From NCBI GenBank assembly GCA_964016885.1, contig OZ024740.1:116746001-116810000 (forward strand): a stretch of DNA of 64,000 nt, in the 5' to 3' direction. The position numbers and the translations under genes were made by a program. The stretch comes from Eledone cirrhosa (Eukaryota). Positions 14,981-31,781 of this stretch are shown here, piece after piece (the stretch's first letter is position 1; every line of letters begins with the position of its first letter). Below the pieces are notes generated by a model, which did no database searches, was not told the origin of the DNA, and saw only the letters and a program-made list of their open reading frames with translations.

Positions 14981-15058
14981 GTTCAGCGCATCGGTAGGGG
15001 TTCTCCTACATGGATATAAAGTAGTGGCCGTACTCGAAAACGAGTTGGCAGCCACCAT
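14981..15058 (+). mobile_element. Short 3' terminus of another RTE-like family inside (TATG)n
   Basis: Ends CTCGAAAACGAGTTGGCAGCCACC(ATGT)n, resembling the TTGCAGCC(ATGT)n end at 14105. Confidence 0.5.
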
Positions 15059-15394
15059 GTATGTATGTATGTATGTATGTATGTATGTATGTATGTATGT
15101 ATGTATGTATGTATGTATGTATGTATGTATGTATGTGCGTCTGTGTGTCTCCAAATCAACAAAGAAAATCTAGACGTAGTCAGTATATGGTGTGACAGTT
15201 CCAGTAATAGGCCTCACGTCAATACAACGCTACATGCAATCAGAATACGCCGAGATTGTCCCAGCAATAGGTCTCACGCCAACACAAGGCCACACGCAGT
15301 CAGTATACGTACACGGGCACACACAAGCCACCACACTGAAGTGATGAGTGTCATTGATATGGAAATACACAATTTCAGAAATTTTATAATTTTA

Positions 15395-16200
15395 TGGGAG
15401 CGTTGATTGACTTCTCTCTCGACTATCCCTCATACGTAGTAGTTCAACGAAGGTCTGGAGAGCTAGATGACCATATGTTTGGGATGACCTGATCATGGAG
15501 ATTATAATCCATGCCTTCTTGGGACATCGTGGCCTTATGAGAGTTTTGTTGGTAGGTGTACGGTCTTTATTTGCTCACGCTTTCTGTCCAATGTCTTACA
15601 ACCCTCTCCAACACCTCATAGTCAGCAGCACCGAAAAAGAAGTAAGGAGGCATGACATCTCCCTCATTGATCATAACTCCCATAACTCCAATGGTCATGC
15701 ACACGAAGTGTGCATGACCATTGGAATGTCTTTAGGGTTTCTGCATAACCATCTGTCATTCCTTCGGTTGACATTTTAGTTTTGATCAAAGATTTTGTCG
15801 TCAGAGAAAAACTAAAGCATTCCAGGCTTTTGATGTTTCAACTTGCACAAAGGTGCTACACACAGATCAGACGGTTATTTGTTTGTCTTTGCAGGCTTCA
15901 CATATAATGTGGCTTGAATCCTTCAGCTGATTAACAATGGAGCTAATTGACTTTCTGCGGTCTTTATCGATAATTTTCTGCACCTTATTTTACAAATGTG
16001 GGTGTTCTGATGGTTTTAGGACCCTTAGAAGCGTTTTACGTTTGTCTACTGCTGCAGAATACATGTCAACAGATTCTAATCACCCTTTGCAGACTTTGAC
16101 ATGGCAACTTTGACACTGCAGCTTTCCGGAAGCAATCTCTATATCACAATTCTCTGTTTTTTTAGGCAACGATTACAGCGTGTGTTTTCATTTGTTGGGT
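15395..16200 (-). pseudogene. Degenerate Tc1/mariner (maT, DD37D-like) transposase
   Basis: Broken minus-strand peptides FFSDDKIFDQ, WLCRNPKDIPMVMHT, GDVMPPYFF, RPYTYQQNS, IWSSSSPDL. Confidence 0.75.
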
Positions 16201-16413
16201 GAGGCTGACGTCGTCACCAAGAAGGAGAAGGATAAGACGTGCATATATTTCGACATAGCAATACTATAAGTAAGAAATACCTCAGTGAATTTTACAGAAA
16301 AGCTGACATAGTAGGAATATGAAGAACAAAATAACCTCGATGGTCATCGGAGATCTAGGGCCCATGATCTAGGGCCCATTTACAAAAAATGTAAGCAAGG
16401 AAGTACCAAAGGA

Positions 16414-16414
16414 T

Positions 16415-16484
<70 letters not shown>

Positions 16485-16500
16485 ATTGCCGCCACTGCTG

Positions 16501-16550
<50 letters not shown>
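16414..16550. repeat. Compound (ACT)n(GCT)n(ACT)n microsatellite
   Basis: Direct inspection. Confidence 0.95.
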
Positions 16551-16551
<1 letters not shown>

Positions 16552-17218
16552 AGAGCAACAACAGCAATAAAAACAAAAATAATACAAGAATAAGAATAAA
16601 ATGATGATGATGACGAAGCTGACGATACATAGGAAAAGTGTATGAGGATGGTGGTGAATAAGAACAAAAAGAGAAAAAGAAAGAAAGAAGCAAAAAGTGT
16701 GTGTGCTGTTGAGAAGAAGGTAAAATAGAAATGTGTAAATTTAGTAGATGTCAAGAAAACAAGCAACTCCTAGGTGGGAGTCCATTTTGTTTGTTACCTT
16801 TCAACGTAACTATCAAAGGCAACATTTAAACTTTCAACCTTTCACATCTGCAGGACTTGGAAGAAGAAATAGATACATACACTAACACATACACACACAT
16901 ACACATTCACACACACATACCCCCCCCCCCCCACACACATTGACACAGACATACACATTTCACACACACAGACACACATACACACTCACACACACATATA
17001 TATATGTATATATATGACCATAGTCATATGTGTATACGCGTTGGCACGCATGTGTATTTGTGTACGTGTGAAGGAAGATATTTCCCTATGTATGTAAGTA
17101 TGTATGTATATACGTATATACATATATATATATATATACACAATACACACATATATTCATCATTACAATCTTAAGCATTCAATTTTTTTGTACATACACC
17201 TCCTCACTGTATATATAT

Positions 17219-17253
<35 letters not shown>

Positions 17254-17302
17254 CATATATCTTAAAGACACACACATATACATATATATGTATATATATG
17301 AA

Positions 17303-17441
<139 letters not shown>

Positions 17442-17477
17442 CACAAATACACGCAGACACACCAATACACACACACG

Positions 17478-19195
<1,718 letters not shown>

Positions 19196-19197
19196 AT

Positions 19198-19241
<44 letters not shown>

Positions 19242-19549
19242 TATCAGTATATATGTATTTACACTTGTTTGTGTGCGTGCATGTGTAAGTATCACTCAGC
19301 TGCACGTGTGTCCTATTTAGTGCGTGTGTATATGTGTAGCATTCTTGCAAGTAGGTGTTTGTGTATGCCTGGTGTGTGTGTGTGGTGCGCGCGCTGGTGT
19401 GTATGCGTGTGTTTATGGGTATGTTTATATCCCTGTGTGTGTATTTATGTTAACAACATGCTTGCTCTTTTGTAATTTCGTCTAGGTTAGATATCACCGC
19501 AGGTTATTCGTCAATAAACCACATAACACCAACAATGACATCAACAATA

Positions 19550-20005
19550 GCGTTGTCCACCTTGTCACCGCCACCACCACCCCCACCGTCACCGTCATCA
19601 CCGACACCACCAACACCATCACCACCATCACCACCATCAGCACCACCACCACCGCCACCACCAACACCGACACCATCGCCATCACCACCACCATCACCAC
19701 CGTCACCATCACCACAATCACCACCACCGCAACCATCACCACCGTCACCACCACCACCACCACCACCACCACCACCACCACCACCACCACCACCACCACC
19801 ACCACCACCATCACCACAATCACCACCACCACCTCCACCTCCACCACCACCGTCACCATCACCACTGTCACCACCACCACCACCACCATCACTACCACCA
19901 ATATCATGTTAATCAACATCATCAACATCATTATCATTATCATCAATTTGTCGTCGCCCCAGTCGTCGTCGTTGTTATCCTTTGTCGTCGTCATCATCAT
20001 CGTCA
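19550..20005. repeat. Degenerate (CAC/CAT/CGT)n trinucleotide tract
   Basis: Direct inspection; gives spurious poly-P and poly-V ORFs. Confidence 0.9.
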
Positions 20006-20188
20006 TTATAAATCAACAACAAAAGTGTTTCAAACTTGTTCAAATAAACGAAATGTTAGCGTCTTTATTCTTAAACAAGATGTAACAGCAATGTTTTAAA
20101 ACATAAATATACACGTACACATGTGCATATAAACACACACACACACATAATACAAACACATGCGTGTGTGTAACATGAGTATATAGGG

Positions 20189-20328
<140 letters not shown>

Positions 20329-20423
20329 AAGGTTAAACAAGGTTCAATGAATAAATCAAAGAATGAGTTTTACATGACTGAATCTTAACCATCTACTAAG
20401 TCAGGGTATGTCATGCATCATCT

Positions 20424-20490
20424 TATTTTATCTGATGAGGACGTACTGTTGAAGATAGCTCAGTACCTCTGAAATATCTATAATAAAATA
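20424..20490 (+). ncRNA. Type I hammerhead ribozyme in a Penelope-like 3' fragment (about 20325-20540)
   Basis: TATTTTAT-CTGATGA-GGACGTACTG...CAGTACCTCT-GAAA-TATCTA-TA-ATAAAATA; 8-bp stem I; fragment flanked by (TA)n. Confidence 0.8.
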
Positions 20491-20692
20491 TACTTGATCA
20501 CACGAATGTCTATTTTTGTTAATATTTTGAATTAATATATATATGTATATCTGTGTGTGTGTGTGTGTGTGTGTGTGTGAGTTTGTCTATATAAGAATAT
20601 TGCTAGACTTGTCTGTATATATATATATATCGATATAAACCTACACAAATACACACGCGGAATTACACAAACACACACACACTCTTATATGC

Positions 20693-20747
<55 letters not shown>

Positions 20748-20794
20748 AATCTATCTATATCTATCTATCTATCTATTTATCTATCTATATCGCT

Positions 20795-24120
<3,326 letters not shown>

Positions 24121-24776
24121 GACCGTTGCACACGCATTGGTACACTGCTCGGGCGTAGCCGATCTGTGGGGCTATGTCGAACAACTGCTGTCAAGGGTGG
24201 GACCGATCCGGTTGACCACCGAGTCTATTGTAATGATCAAGCCGCCTCCCCCCTTCAAAGATGAAGCAGAGGCGGTGTTTCTGTGCGTAATAGCCATGGC
24301 GAAAGAGGTTGTATGGTGGACGCGTCTGTAAGGACTGAGGTCAGGCACCTTTCTCTCTGGCCAACAACTGGTCCGTTTCTTCCGATATCATTTCGGAAGA
24401 AGGATCAGGATGGAGAGAGAGGTGCTGCACCCCAGCCGTTTCTATGAAAGATGGGTGAAAGTGGCGAGAATGGCCCGTGTGAATGGGCCTTCACTCTACA
24501 TCAGACTATAGGTGAGGAAGATGAAAGACCAAGGGAGCACCCCTTCTCTGTGCTCCTGAGGAGAAGGGTTGCACACTTTTTTCGGGGGTGTGTGCGACCC
24601 CCCAAGGCGCCTCCTCTCTATTGAGGATTTTGTTAAAAATTTTATTTTTTGTTATATCTTATTTTATTTTTATATTTTGTTATTGCCTCCTCCTTATTGA
24701 GGACGCCTTTTTGTGTAAACTCCCCCCTTTGTACTTGTCCCACTTTTGATGCCCTAGTGGCAAATAAAAGAAACAT
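24121..24776 (+). mobile_element. Tx1-clade LINE family 2, short 3' fragment
   Basis: TVAHALVHC...[10 protein letters not shown]...SLYIRL*; distinct 3' UTR; (ATCT)n flanks. Confidence 0.9.
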
Positions 24777-25077
24777 ATCTATCTATCTGACGCGTGAAAC
24801 ATCGCCGGTAAGATTTTTCTAAATTTATATACGAAAAACAGAACAAATTGTTTAAAAAAACATATCATTTCGTAGGTCAACCCCCAAGCTGAATTGTCAG
24901 CTGGGTGGTAATCCCATTTTCGCCCCTTTAGGGGCGAACATTTTATTTAAAAAATTGTTTTAAAATATCAGATTTTACAAACTAAATAACTTGAACAACA
25001 CAAGAACGCTGGAGAACGTCAATAGAGAAAAGAGAGAGAAAGAGGCAGATATTAACGTTATATCTGGTTCTGCTACT

Positions 25078-26888
25078 ATGGACGTCGCCATAGATACGAC
25101 TGTCAACAATGAGGAAACAATTTTACTACTTGAAGATTTTAAAATTTCTACCGTCGAAGCGGAGAAAAATAACACTAACACACATGAAAACACAGGAATT
25201 AAACCCATTAACATACATACACATGAAAAAGACATCAACAACTTCACAGATACATCAACACATAATGTTTCACCTCGTCAAGGAACTGAGATTTCCAACA
25301 CCGAGGCTAACAACGATAACAGCAACAACAACAGCAACACCACACAAAAAAGAAAATGTCTTTCGCTGAAACAGTGAACAAAAAACAAGATTTTATAAAT
25401 CTTGATATTTCCAATGCAAGAGATATGCTCCAGCAAGGGAGACATTTGTAACTTTCGAAGAAAAAGGTGGGTTTAGAATTAACTCACCCCTTGAAATAAA
25501 GGAAGACACAATTCGCAGATCAGTCACCTTTTGGACTGTGTCAAATTCCACAAGAAAGCCGACATTTGTTAGCAGATATAGAAGCTACTTTCACAAGGAA
25601 ATTCTAGCAAATATCGATTTTCTCCAGCGAGGAAAACAGTACGGAAGTGTTTCCGTACTGTTTAAAAGCGAGGCACTCGCCCCAAAACATTCTGACACCA
25701 ATGGTGTCAAAAGCATACACCTTTTTCCCTACATACATGGGAAAAAAAGACACAAAAAATAAAAAATAAAAATATACCACCAAACATTAACATCTGGTGG
25801 ATCTTGGCTGGCTTCGTAGAGCCAGAAACTGATATGATTCTTTCGATACGAAAATCTATTCGACAAAGGTGGGCGGGTACTGATTTGGAGATTCTGTTGC
25901 AAATGAAACCGGAGAGAATCTCCAAAATACCCGAAAGAGTCGTCATCGATGATAACAACAAAATAAACATTTCGGTAGAAGGACGAACATTTCATTGCTT
26001 TTGCTGTGGTAGCACAGCACACCTAAAAGCCTCTTGTCCACAAACACACAACAACAACATCATTAAAAAACACTATTACCAACACCAACACCAAAACAAC
26101 CACCACCACCACAAGTACAACGACAGACGAAACGAGCAACCACACCAAAACAAACAGACACTCAACCAACAACAACAGAAAAAAACAGAGACAACACCCC
26201 TGAAGAACACAGGCCCACCCCATCCCACTCCATCAAACACTACCACAAACACACACACCGAAACACCACCACCACACAACATACCCCTACCCCACACACC
26301 TGACGATGATTATTCATCGACGGATGAAGCTGCTTCTCCTTCTTTAAGTGAAGAAGAGGGAGAGCCGCGGAAATCTAAAAAACAAAAAAGAGACACCTCA
26401 AAACCCCCTAAACTCCAATCACCAACACCAACACACAACCACAGACACAAACAACAACAAAAACAACACCACAGTCAAACATCCCTCTATCAGCAAAGCC
26501 AACACCAACACCACCCCAAACACAAACACCCACTATAAAAAGAAAACTCCCGGTCGAACAACAAACTAAAACAACAAAAACTCAAACAACAATATGCATA
26601 CACCAACACAAACAACAAGAATTTGATGGAGGTCATCTCCCAAAACCCTAAGGTGGAGACGGAGGGCAAAACTTTCGTCAAGGCAGAATCGTCTCCACAC
26701 ATTAAACTTATAAGGTTTCTATGGAAACCTATAATGACCTAAAAAATAAATTTTCACAGGACATGGGCAACCTCTGCCAGAAACCCATCAACCGCGTCCT
26801 GTTAAAATGTTTCCCCACCCCACCCAACAACCCATCCAGCACCCAAATGGAGATTGAACAACCCGATCTCCAGGAAACGAAAAGGTAA
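25078..26888 (+). pseudogene. Tx1 ORF1 (gag-like, single CCHC knuckle), disrupted by frameshifts; start codon uncertain
   Basis: SVEGRTFHCFCCGSTAHLKASC; C-terminus METYNDLK...PINRVLLK...MEIEQPDLQETKR* is homologous to 23354-23689. Confidence 0.8.
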
Positions 26889-26929
26889 GTGCACCTTTCG
26901 TCCTTTTTCTCCAACTCTTCTTCACCAAC

Positions 26930-29900
26930 ATGGCTAGTTTACGAGTTGGAAGCGTGAATGTGCGTGGCCTAGGGATGCCCTGGAAACAGGGCCAACTTTT
27001 AAACGACCTTATGTCACACGGTATGGATGTGATAGCCATCACCGAGTCCAGGATCCACAACAGGCAGCAACTAACCCCCATCTACGACGACTTTGAGATC
27101 TACGCATCTCTCTGTCAGTCAGGAGGTGGGAGTGGAGTGGCTGTCATATTTCAGAAGAACCTGGACGTCGAAGTACAGCAAGTACACTTGGACCTGGAGG
27201 GTAGACTGGTAGTCCTAGACGTGAACAGTATTGGAGGTGGAGCCTTCAGACTGGTGGCCGTTTATGCCCCGAGCGGGCAATCGCAATCACGGCCAGACTT
27301 CTTTAAGCGTCTAGAGTCTTTTCTGGGAACGTCTCGCTCCTTACATTTTGTGGGGGACTGGAATGGTATCCTAGATGCACGATGGGACTATGTGGGAGCA
27401 TGTCCCAGTAGAGCGGGGTGCAACAGCCTCAAAACTTTAATCGGCCAATTCCAACTGGCCGATAGGTATCGACTGGATTTCCCGACTGCACCACAGTGGA
27501 CGTGGGCAAACCACAGCGGGACATCTAGATCGTATTTAGATAGGTTCTTCATTAGAGAAAGGGACAAGGAGATGTTAAGCTGTCCACGAATGCACATGGT
27601 TGCCTATTCAGATCACAAATTAGTCGTCTGCTTAGTCAACCGTGATAGAATACAAAGACAGGGACCCGGATACTGGAAGCTGAACGTGTCGTTGCCGGCA
27701 CGTAAAGCTTACAGTGAACGGATAAGTAGACTAGTCAAGCAACAGTTAACGGGAGCCATCGTCAACAATAGATGGTGGTACTCTCTCAAGAAAGCAATTA
27801 GAATAGAATCGATAGGGTATAGTAGAGAGTTAGCCTTAGAGAAAAACAGAATAGAAAGAGAACTATTAGCCAAGGTAGAGGAGGCACTTAGAAGTGGCAA
27901 CGTGGCTAGAGTATTAGCGTCGAGAACGGCACTGGACCAGTTCTTCGATCCGAAACACGAAGGCTGCGTGGTCAGAAGCAAAACACGTGCTCTAGGAAAC
28001 GAAGGAGCGAAAGCTGTCAGCTGGGCCCGAGTGGCGGAGGCAAAAAGTGGCAACAAGTTCACCATTCAGTCTTTGAAAGACCAAAACGGACACGTGCTAC
28101 TTGACCCCAAGCAAATGTGCGCGGCCTTTCAGCGGCACTTTGCGCGACTGTTTGAGCAGAACGACGGTGAGCCGAACGGGGCAATGGACTTTAGTTCATA
28201 CCTCGACGGCCTGCCGCGTCTCTCGAACACGGACGCCGAGTTCTGCGAAAGACCGATCACGGACACTGAGATACGGGACGCTCTGGGCCGCTGCGGGAAA
28301 CGCAAGTCACCCGGTCTAGATGGTCTACCCTACGAGTTTTACATAGGCACGCCGGACTTGTTCTCTGGCGTCCTCGAAGCCGTCTACTGCAATTGGCAGC
28401 AGAACGGGAGAATTCCCAGTTCTGCAGGCAAGGGCGTAGTAACGCTGATCAGGAAAGACGAGAACAAGGGGGACGAAATTAACAACTTCAGGCCCATAAC
28501 TCTGCTCAACACAGAGTTAAAGATTTTGGCCAAGGTGCTAGCGACGAGGTTGGCGCTTGTCGTCGAGAACCTGGTAGGGAAAGCGCAAACGTGTGCAAAC
28601 CCGACCAGGTCCATACACGACAACCTCCACCTCATGCGATACATCATAGAGAGGGTGGGTAGTAAACCCGGCTTCGGTGGGGCTCTGATCAACTTGGATC
28701 AGTCTAAGGCATTCGATAGGGTCGACCATCGATACTTGGAAGCGGTTCTCAAGGCGGCCGGTTTCGGTTCCGTGTTCAGAGGATGGATCGAGGCGATGCA
28801 CACCAGCATCTGCTCGAGGGTCAAGGTGAACGGCTACCTATCGGAGCCGTTCGCAATCACGCGTTCCATTCGACAGGGATGCCCTCTCTCCTCCATTCTG
28901 TATGTATTGACTCTAGAGCCACTACTGCGGAAATTGGAGCTGTTGCAGGGCATCCCCCTAGAACCGGGACTGCGCAAAGCGGCGTCGGCTTATGCCGACG
29001 ACGTGACAGTAATGGTGTCGAGCACCTCGGAAATCGGGGTGATCGGCAACATACTGAAAGAATACGAAACGCTGACGGGAGCAAAACTAAACCCAGACAA
29101 GTCTGTCGGTTTGCAACTCGGTACGTGGAGAGGCAAACCGATGACATCCGACAGCGTCGTTGGACGCTGGACGGACGGACCGGTGAAATTGCTCGGGGTC
29201 TGGTTCGGTCCAGACCTCCAGGTGGAGAAAAACTGGAACGAGGTCACGGCCAAGGTGTTTGCACTCACTCAGAAGTGGGCAGAGTGCAAACTGTCCTTGA
29301 AAGGTCGAGCGGAGGTGGCGAACACTTTCATAGCGTCCGTCATCTACTACCGCTTGACTGTCGTGCCTTGTCCCCGTGAACACCTCGCCAAGATGGAACG
29401 CATGCTCTTCCAGTTTCTGTGGAAGAAGCAGGCTCCGCTGGTGAGGAGATCCGTCTGCTGTCAGCACCCTTCCAACGGAGGGCTGGGAATGCCGTGGCTG
29501 ATGATGCGCAAACATGCGCTGAGGCTGCGGCATCTCCAGGTATTCCTCACCGACCCCCTACCGGTGTGGGCACCGTTTGTGAGACAGGCTTTCCCACAGC
29601 TCGTCTCGCTAACGGAGCTGCAGTCCTGGGTGAAGAAAAGACCGAAAACGATGGGCGCCTGGCACATTGAATGCGCTCAGGCGCTCACAGTCCTCTGGCA
29701 AGCGGGCGCAGCAATCAATGGAGACTCCACTTCGACATTCTATAGAGGGATTGTACGTTACAAGGGCGACGACGTGCTCGGAGAGACTCTGGGCGTCGAA
29801 GACGATGAGCTCACCAGTATGTTTGGTAGGACTTTCCGCCCGGGACCTATGGACAACTTCCAGAGGTCCCTGGCCTGGCAGTGCTACCGAGGAGCTCTAC

Positions 29901-30376
29901 CGGTTCGTGACAAGATCTACAGGCACGGACGCCCTGGCAGGGATCCTTCCAAGAGGACGTGTCCAAGATGTGCGCAGGACATTGAAACAGTTCTGCACGC
30001 AATTGTACACTGCCCGGGCGTAAGCGACCTGTGGAACTATGCAGAACAACTGCTGTCGCGTATGGGACAAATACAGTTGACTGCCGAGTCCATAGTAAGG
30101 ATCAAACCGCCAGACTCTTTCAAAAACGAAAGAGAGGCGGTTTTCCTCTGTACGGTGGCTATGGTGAAAGAAGTTATATGGTGGACGAGGTTGAGAGGAC
30201 TGAGGACAGATGCCTTTCTCTCCGGACAACAATTGATTCCATTCTTTAAGTATCACTTTAGAAGGAGAATCAGGGTGGAGAGAGAGGCACTGCACCCCAG
30301 TAAATTTACTGAAAGGTGGGTGAATGAAGCGAAAATGGCCCGAGTGATTGGGCCTTCTCTGTTTATAAGCCTGTAG
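26930..30376 (+). CDS. Tx1 ORF2: APE endonuclease, reverse transcriptase and CCHC finger, 1148 aa, intact
   Basis: NVRGL, YAP, GDWN, SYLDR, SDH (APE); KSPGLDGLP, FRPITLLN, LDQSKAFDRVDH, RQGCPLS, YADD (RT); CPRCAQDIETVLHAIVHC. Confidence 0.97.
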   Translation: MASLRVGSVNVRGLGMPWKQGQLLNDLMSHGMDVIAITESRIHNRQQLTPIYDDFEIYASLCQSGGGSGVAVIFQKNLDVEVQQVHLDLEGRLVVLDVNSIGGGAFRLVAVYAPSGQSQSRPDFFKRLESFLGTSRSLHFVGDWNGILDARWDYVGACPSRAGCNSLKTLIGQFQLADRYRLDFPTAPQWTWANHSGTSRSYLDRFFIRERDKEMLSCPRMHMVAYSDHKLVVCLVNRDRIQRQGPGYWKLNVSLPARKAYSERISRLVKQQLTGAIVNNRWWYSLKKAIRIESIGYSRELALEKNRIERELLAKVEEALRSGNVARVLASRTALDQFFDPKHEGCVVRSKTRALGNEGAKAVSWARVAEAKSGNKFTIQSLKDQNGHVLLDPKQMCAAFQRHFARLFEQNDGEPNGAMDFSSYLDGLPRLSNTDAEFCERPITDTEIRDALGRCGKRKSPGLDGLPYEFYIGTPDLFSGVLEAVYCNWQQNGRIPSSAGKGVVTLIRKDENKGDEINNFRPITLLNTELKILAKVLATRLALVVENLVGKAQTCANPTRSIHDNLHLMRYIIERVGSKPGFGGALINLDQSKAFDRVDHRYLEAVLKAAGFGSVFRGWIEAMHTSICSRVKVNGYLSEPFAITRSIRQGCPLSSILYVLTLEPLLRKLELLQGIPLEPGLRKAASAYADDVTVMVSSTSEIGVIGNILKEYETLTGAKLNPDKSVGLQLGTWRGKPMTSDSVVGRWTDGPVKLLGVWFGPDLQVEKNWNEVTAKVFALTQKWAECKLSLKGRAEVANTFIASVIYYRLTVVPCPREHLAKMERMLFQFLWKKQAPLVRRSVCCQHPSNGGLGMPWLMMRKHALRLRHLQVFLTDPLPVWAPFVRQAFPQLVSLTELQSWVKKRPKTMGAWHIECAQALTVLWQAGAAINGDSTSTFYRGIVRYKGDDVLGETLGVEDDELTSMFGRTFRPGPMDNFQRSLAWQCYRGALPVRDKIYRHGRPGRDPSKRTCPRCAQDIETVLHAIVHCPGVSDLWNYAEQLLSRMGQIQLTAESIVRIKPPDSFKNEREAVFLCTVAMVKEVIWWTRLRGLRTDAFLSGQQLIPFFKYHFRRRIRVEREALHPSKFTERWVNEAKMARVIGPSLFISL

Positions 30377-30609
30377 GTTGAGGAAGAGAGCAAAAGGAAG
30401 AAAGGAGCACTTGCACAACACGCTCCTTGAGTTGAGGGTTGTTCTATCGACGGGGTATTAAACAACCCATTTGTGGCGCCTCCCCCCAATTGGGGATTTC
30501 GATTGTTGAAATTGTTTGTTTTTATATTTTTTACACGACTGTATGTAAAATCCCCGGCATGTCTTTGTATTGTCCCCTTTCTTGTTGCGCCCTTGTGGCT
30601 AATAAAGAA

Positions 30610-30670
<61 letters not shown>

Positions 30671-31019
30671 GATAGATAGATAGATAGATAGATAGATGAT
30701 AGATATTCCCTTTATACTCATGGTTTGTCCCATTTGGTGTGTACCAAATTTGATACTTCATTTGCTGTAGTTCTTTTTTTTCCTCACCTGATTTATATGA
30801 ATACCAGCGCCACATCTTGTAGTTTTTGGAACATTCATTCTGACTTGTTCAACAAGTCTTCTCGGCAACTCATCTAATTTGATAAAGTTTGTCATCTATA
30901 TTTAGGTCAACCTAGTGCTAAGAATTTGTTGCACCCGACCATACTTCATCTTGTCATGTATATGACATCACCTGACTCTTATATCGTAAACACATGCCAG
31001 TCAATAGCCTGTTATACTG

Positions 31020-31310
31020 AGTAGTGGACGCAGGCAGAGCTGAATTGACTCTGCAGTCATAAGGTCCTGGGTTCGATCCCAGTCTTCCCAGTGTCAGATA
31101 TCTTAGACAAGTGTCTTTAACATAGCTTGAATCAACCTAAGACTTGTGAGTCAAACTAGGTTGACGGAAACCATGTAGAAGCCCGTCGGAGGAATTGTTA
31201 TTCAAAAGTCCAGCCACGGCACATATTACGTTTACATTGAATCGGCTTGGGAATTATGTTAAGTGTATACGTATTTATAACATATTCAACGACTTACACG
31301 TTAATTCACA
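31020..31310 (+). mobile_element. tRNA/CORE-type SINE (OR-like)
   Basis: B box GGTTCGATCCC; CORE-like CTTAGACAAGTGTCTT; GACGGAAACCATGTAGAAGCCCGTCG. Confidence 0.6.
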
Positions 31311-31709
31311 GCTGGACGTTCCAATTGAATATTTATCGTCGAAATCGACGGAAGATCCAACATACTGTGTAACACAGAGTAATAAGTATCAGGATCAACC
31401 TCTGGCCAAATGATTGGTAGTTCGTATCCTACCTTCGTCACAAAATTATCCATAGATATGATACTTAAACCTTGTTTTTTAATGGGTTAGTGAAAGGAAG
31501 AAAGGCGATGCCTTTTATCTGATTCAGGCCCTTAGTGATTACATAACGTTTCTTTAACAAACCCACAACCACTGCACTCGCTATTTAACTATCATGTGTG
31601 CACGCTGAACATCGAGATGCAGTTTCACAACTGCAACCTTATTGATTAATTTAAGTGAGTGAGTCATGGCCAGAGATCGCTGAAATAACATCAGTGACTT
31701 TCGTAAACC

Positions 31710-31780
<71 letters not shown>

Positions 31781-31781
<1 letters not shown>

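Larger units (their letters stand above)
24789..30609 (+). mobile_element. Full-length Tx1-clade LINE, family 3
   Basis: 5' UTR, frameshifted ORF1, intact ORF2, 3' UTR with AATAAA; bounded by (ATCT)n. Confidence 0.96.

Noticed and set aside
19494-20006. Extensin-like poly-Pro ORF
   Set aside because: Degenerate CAC microsatellite with no exon context
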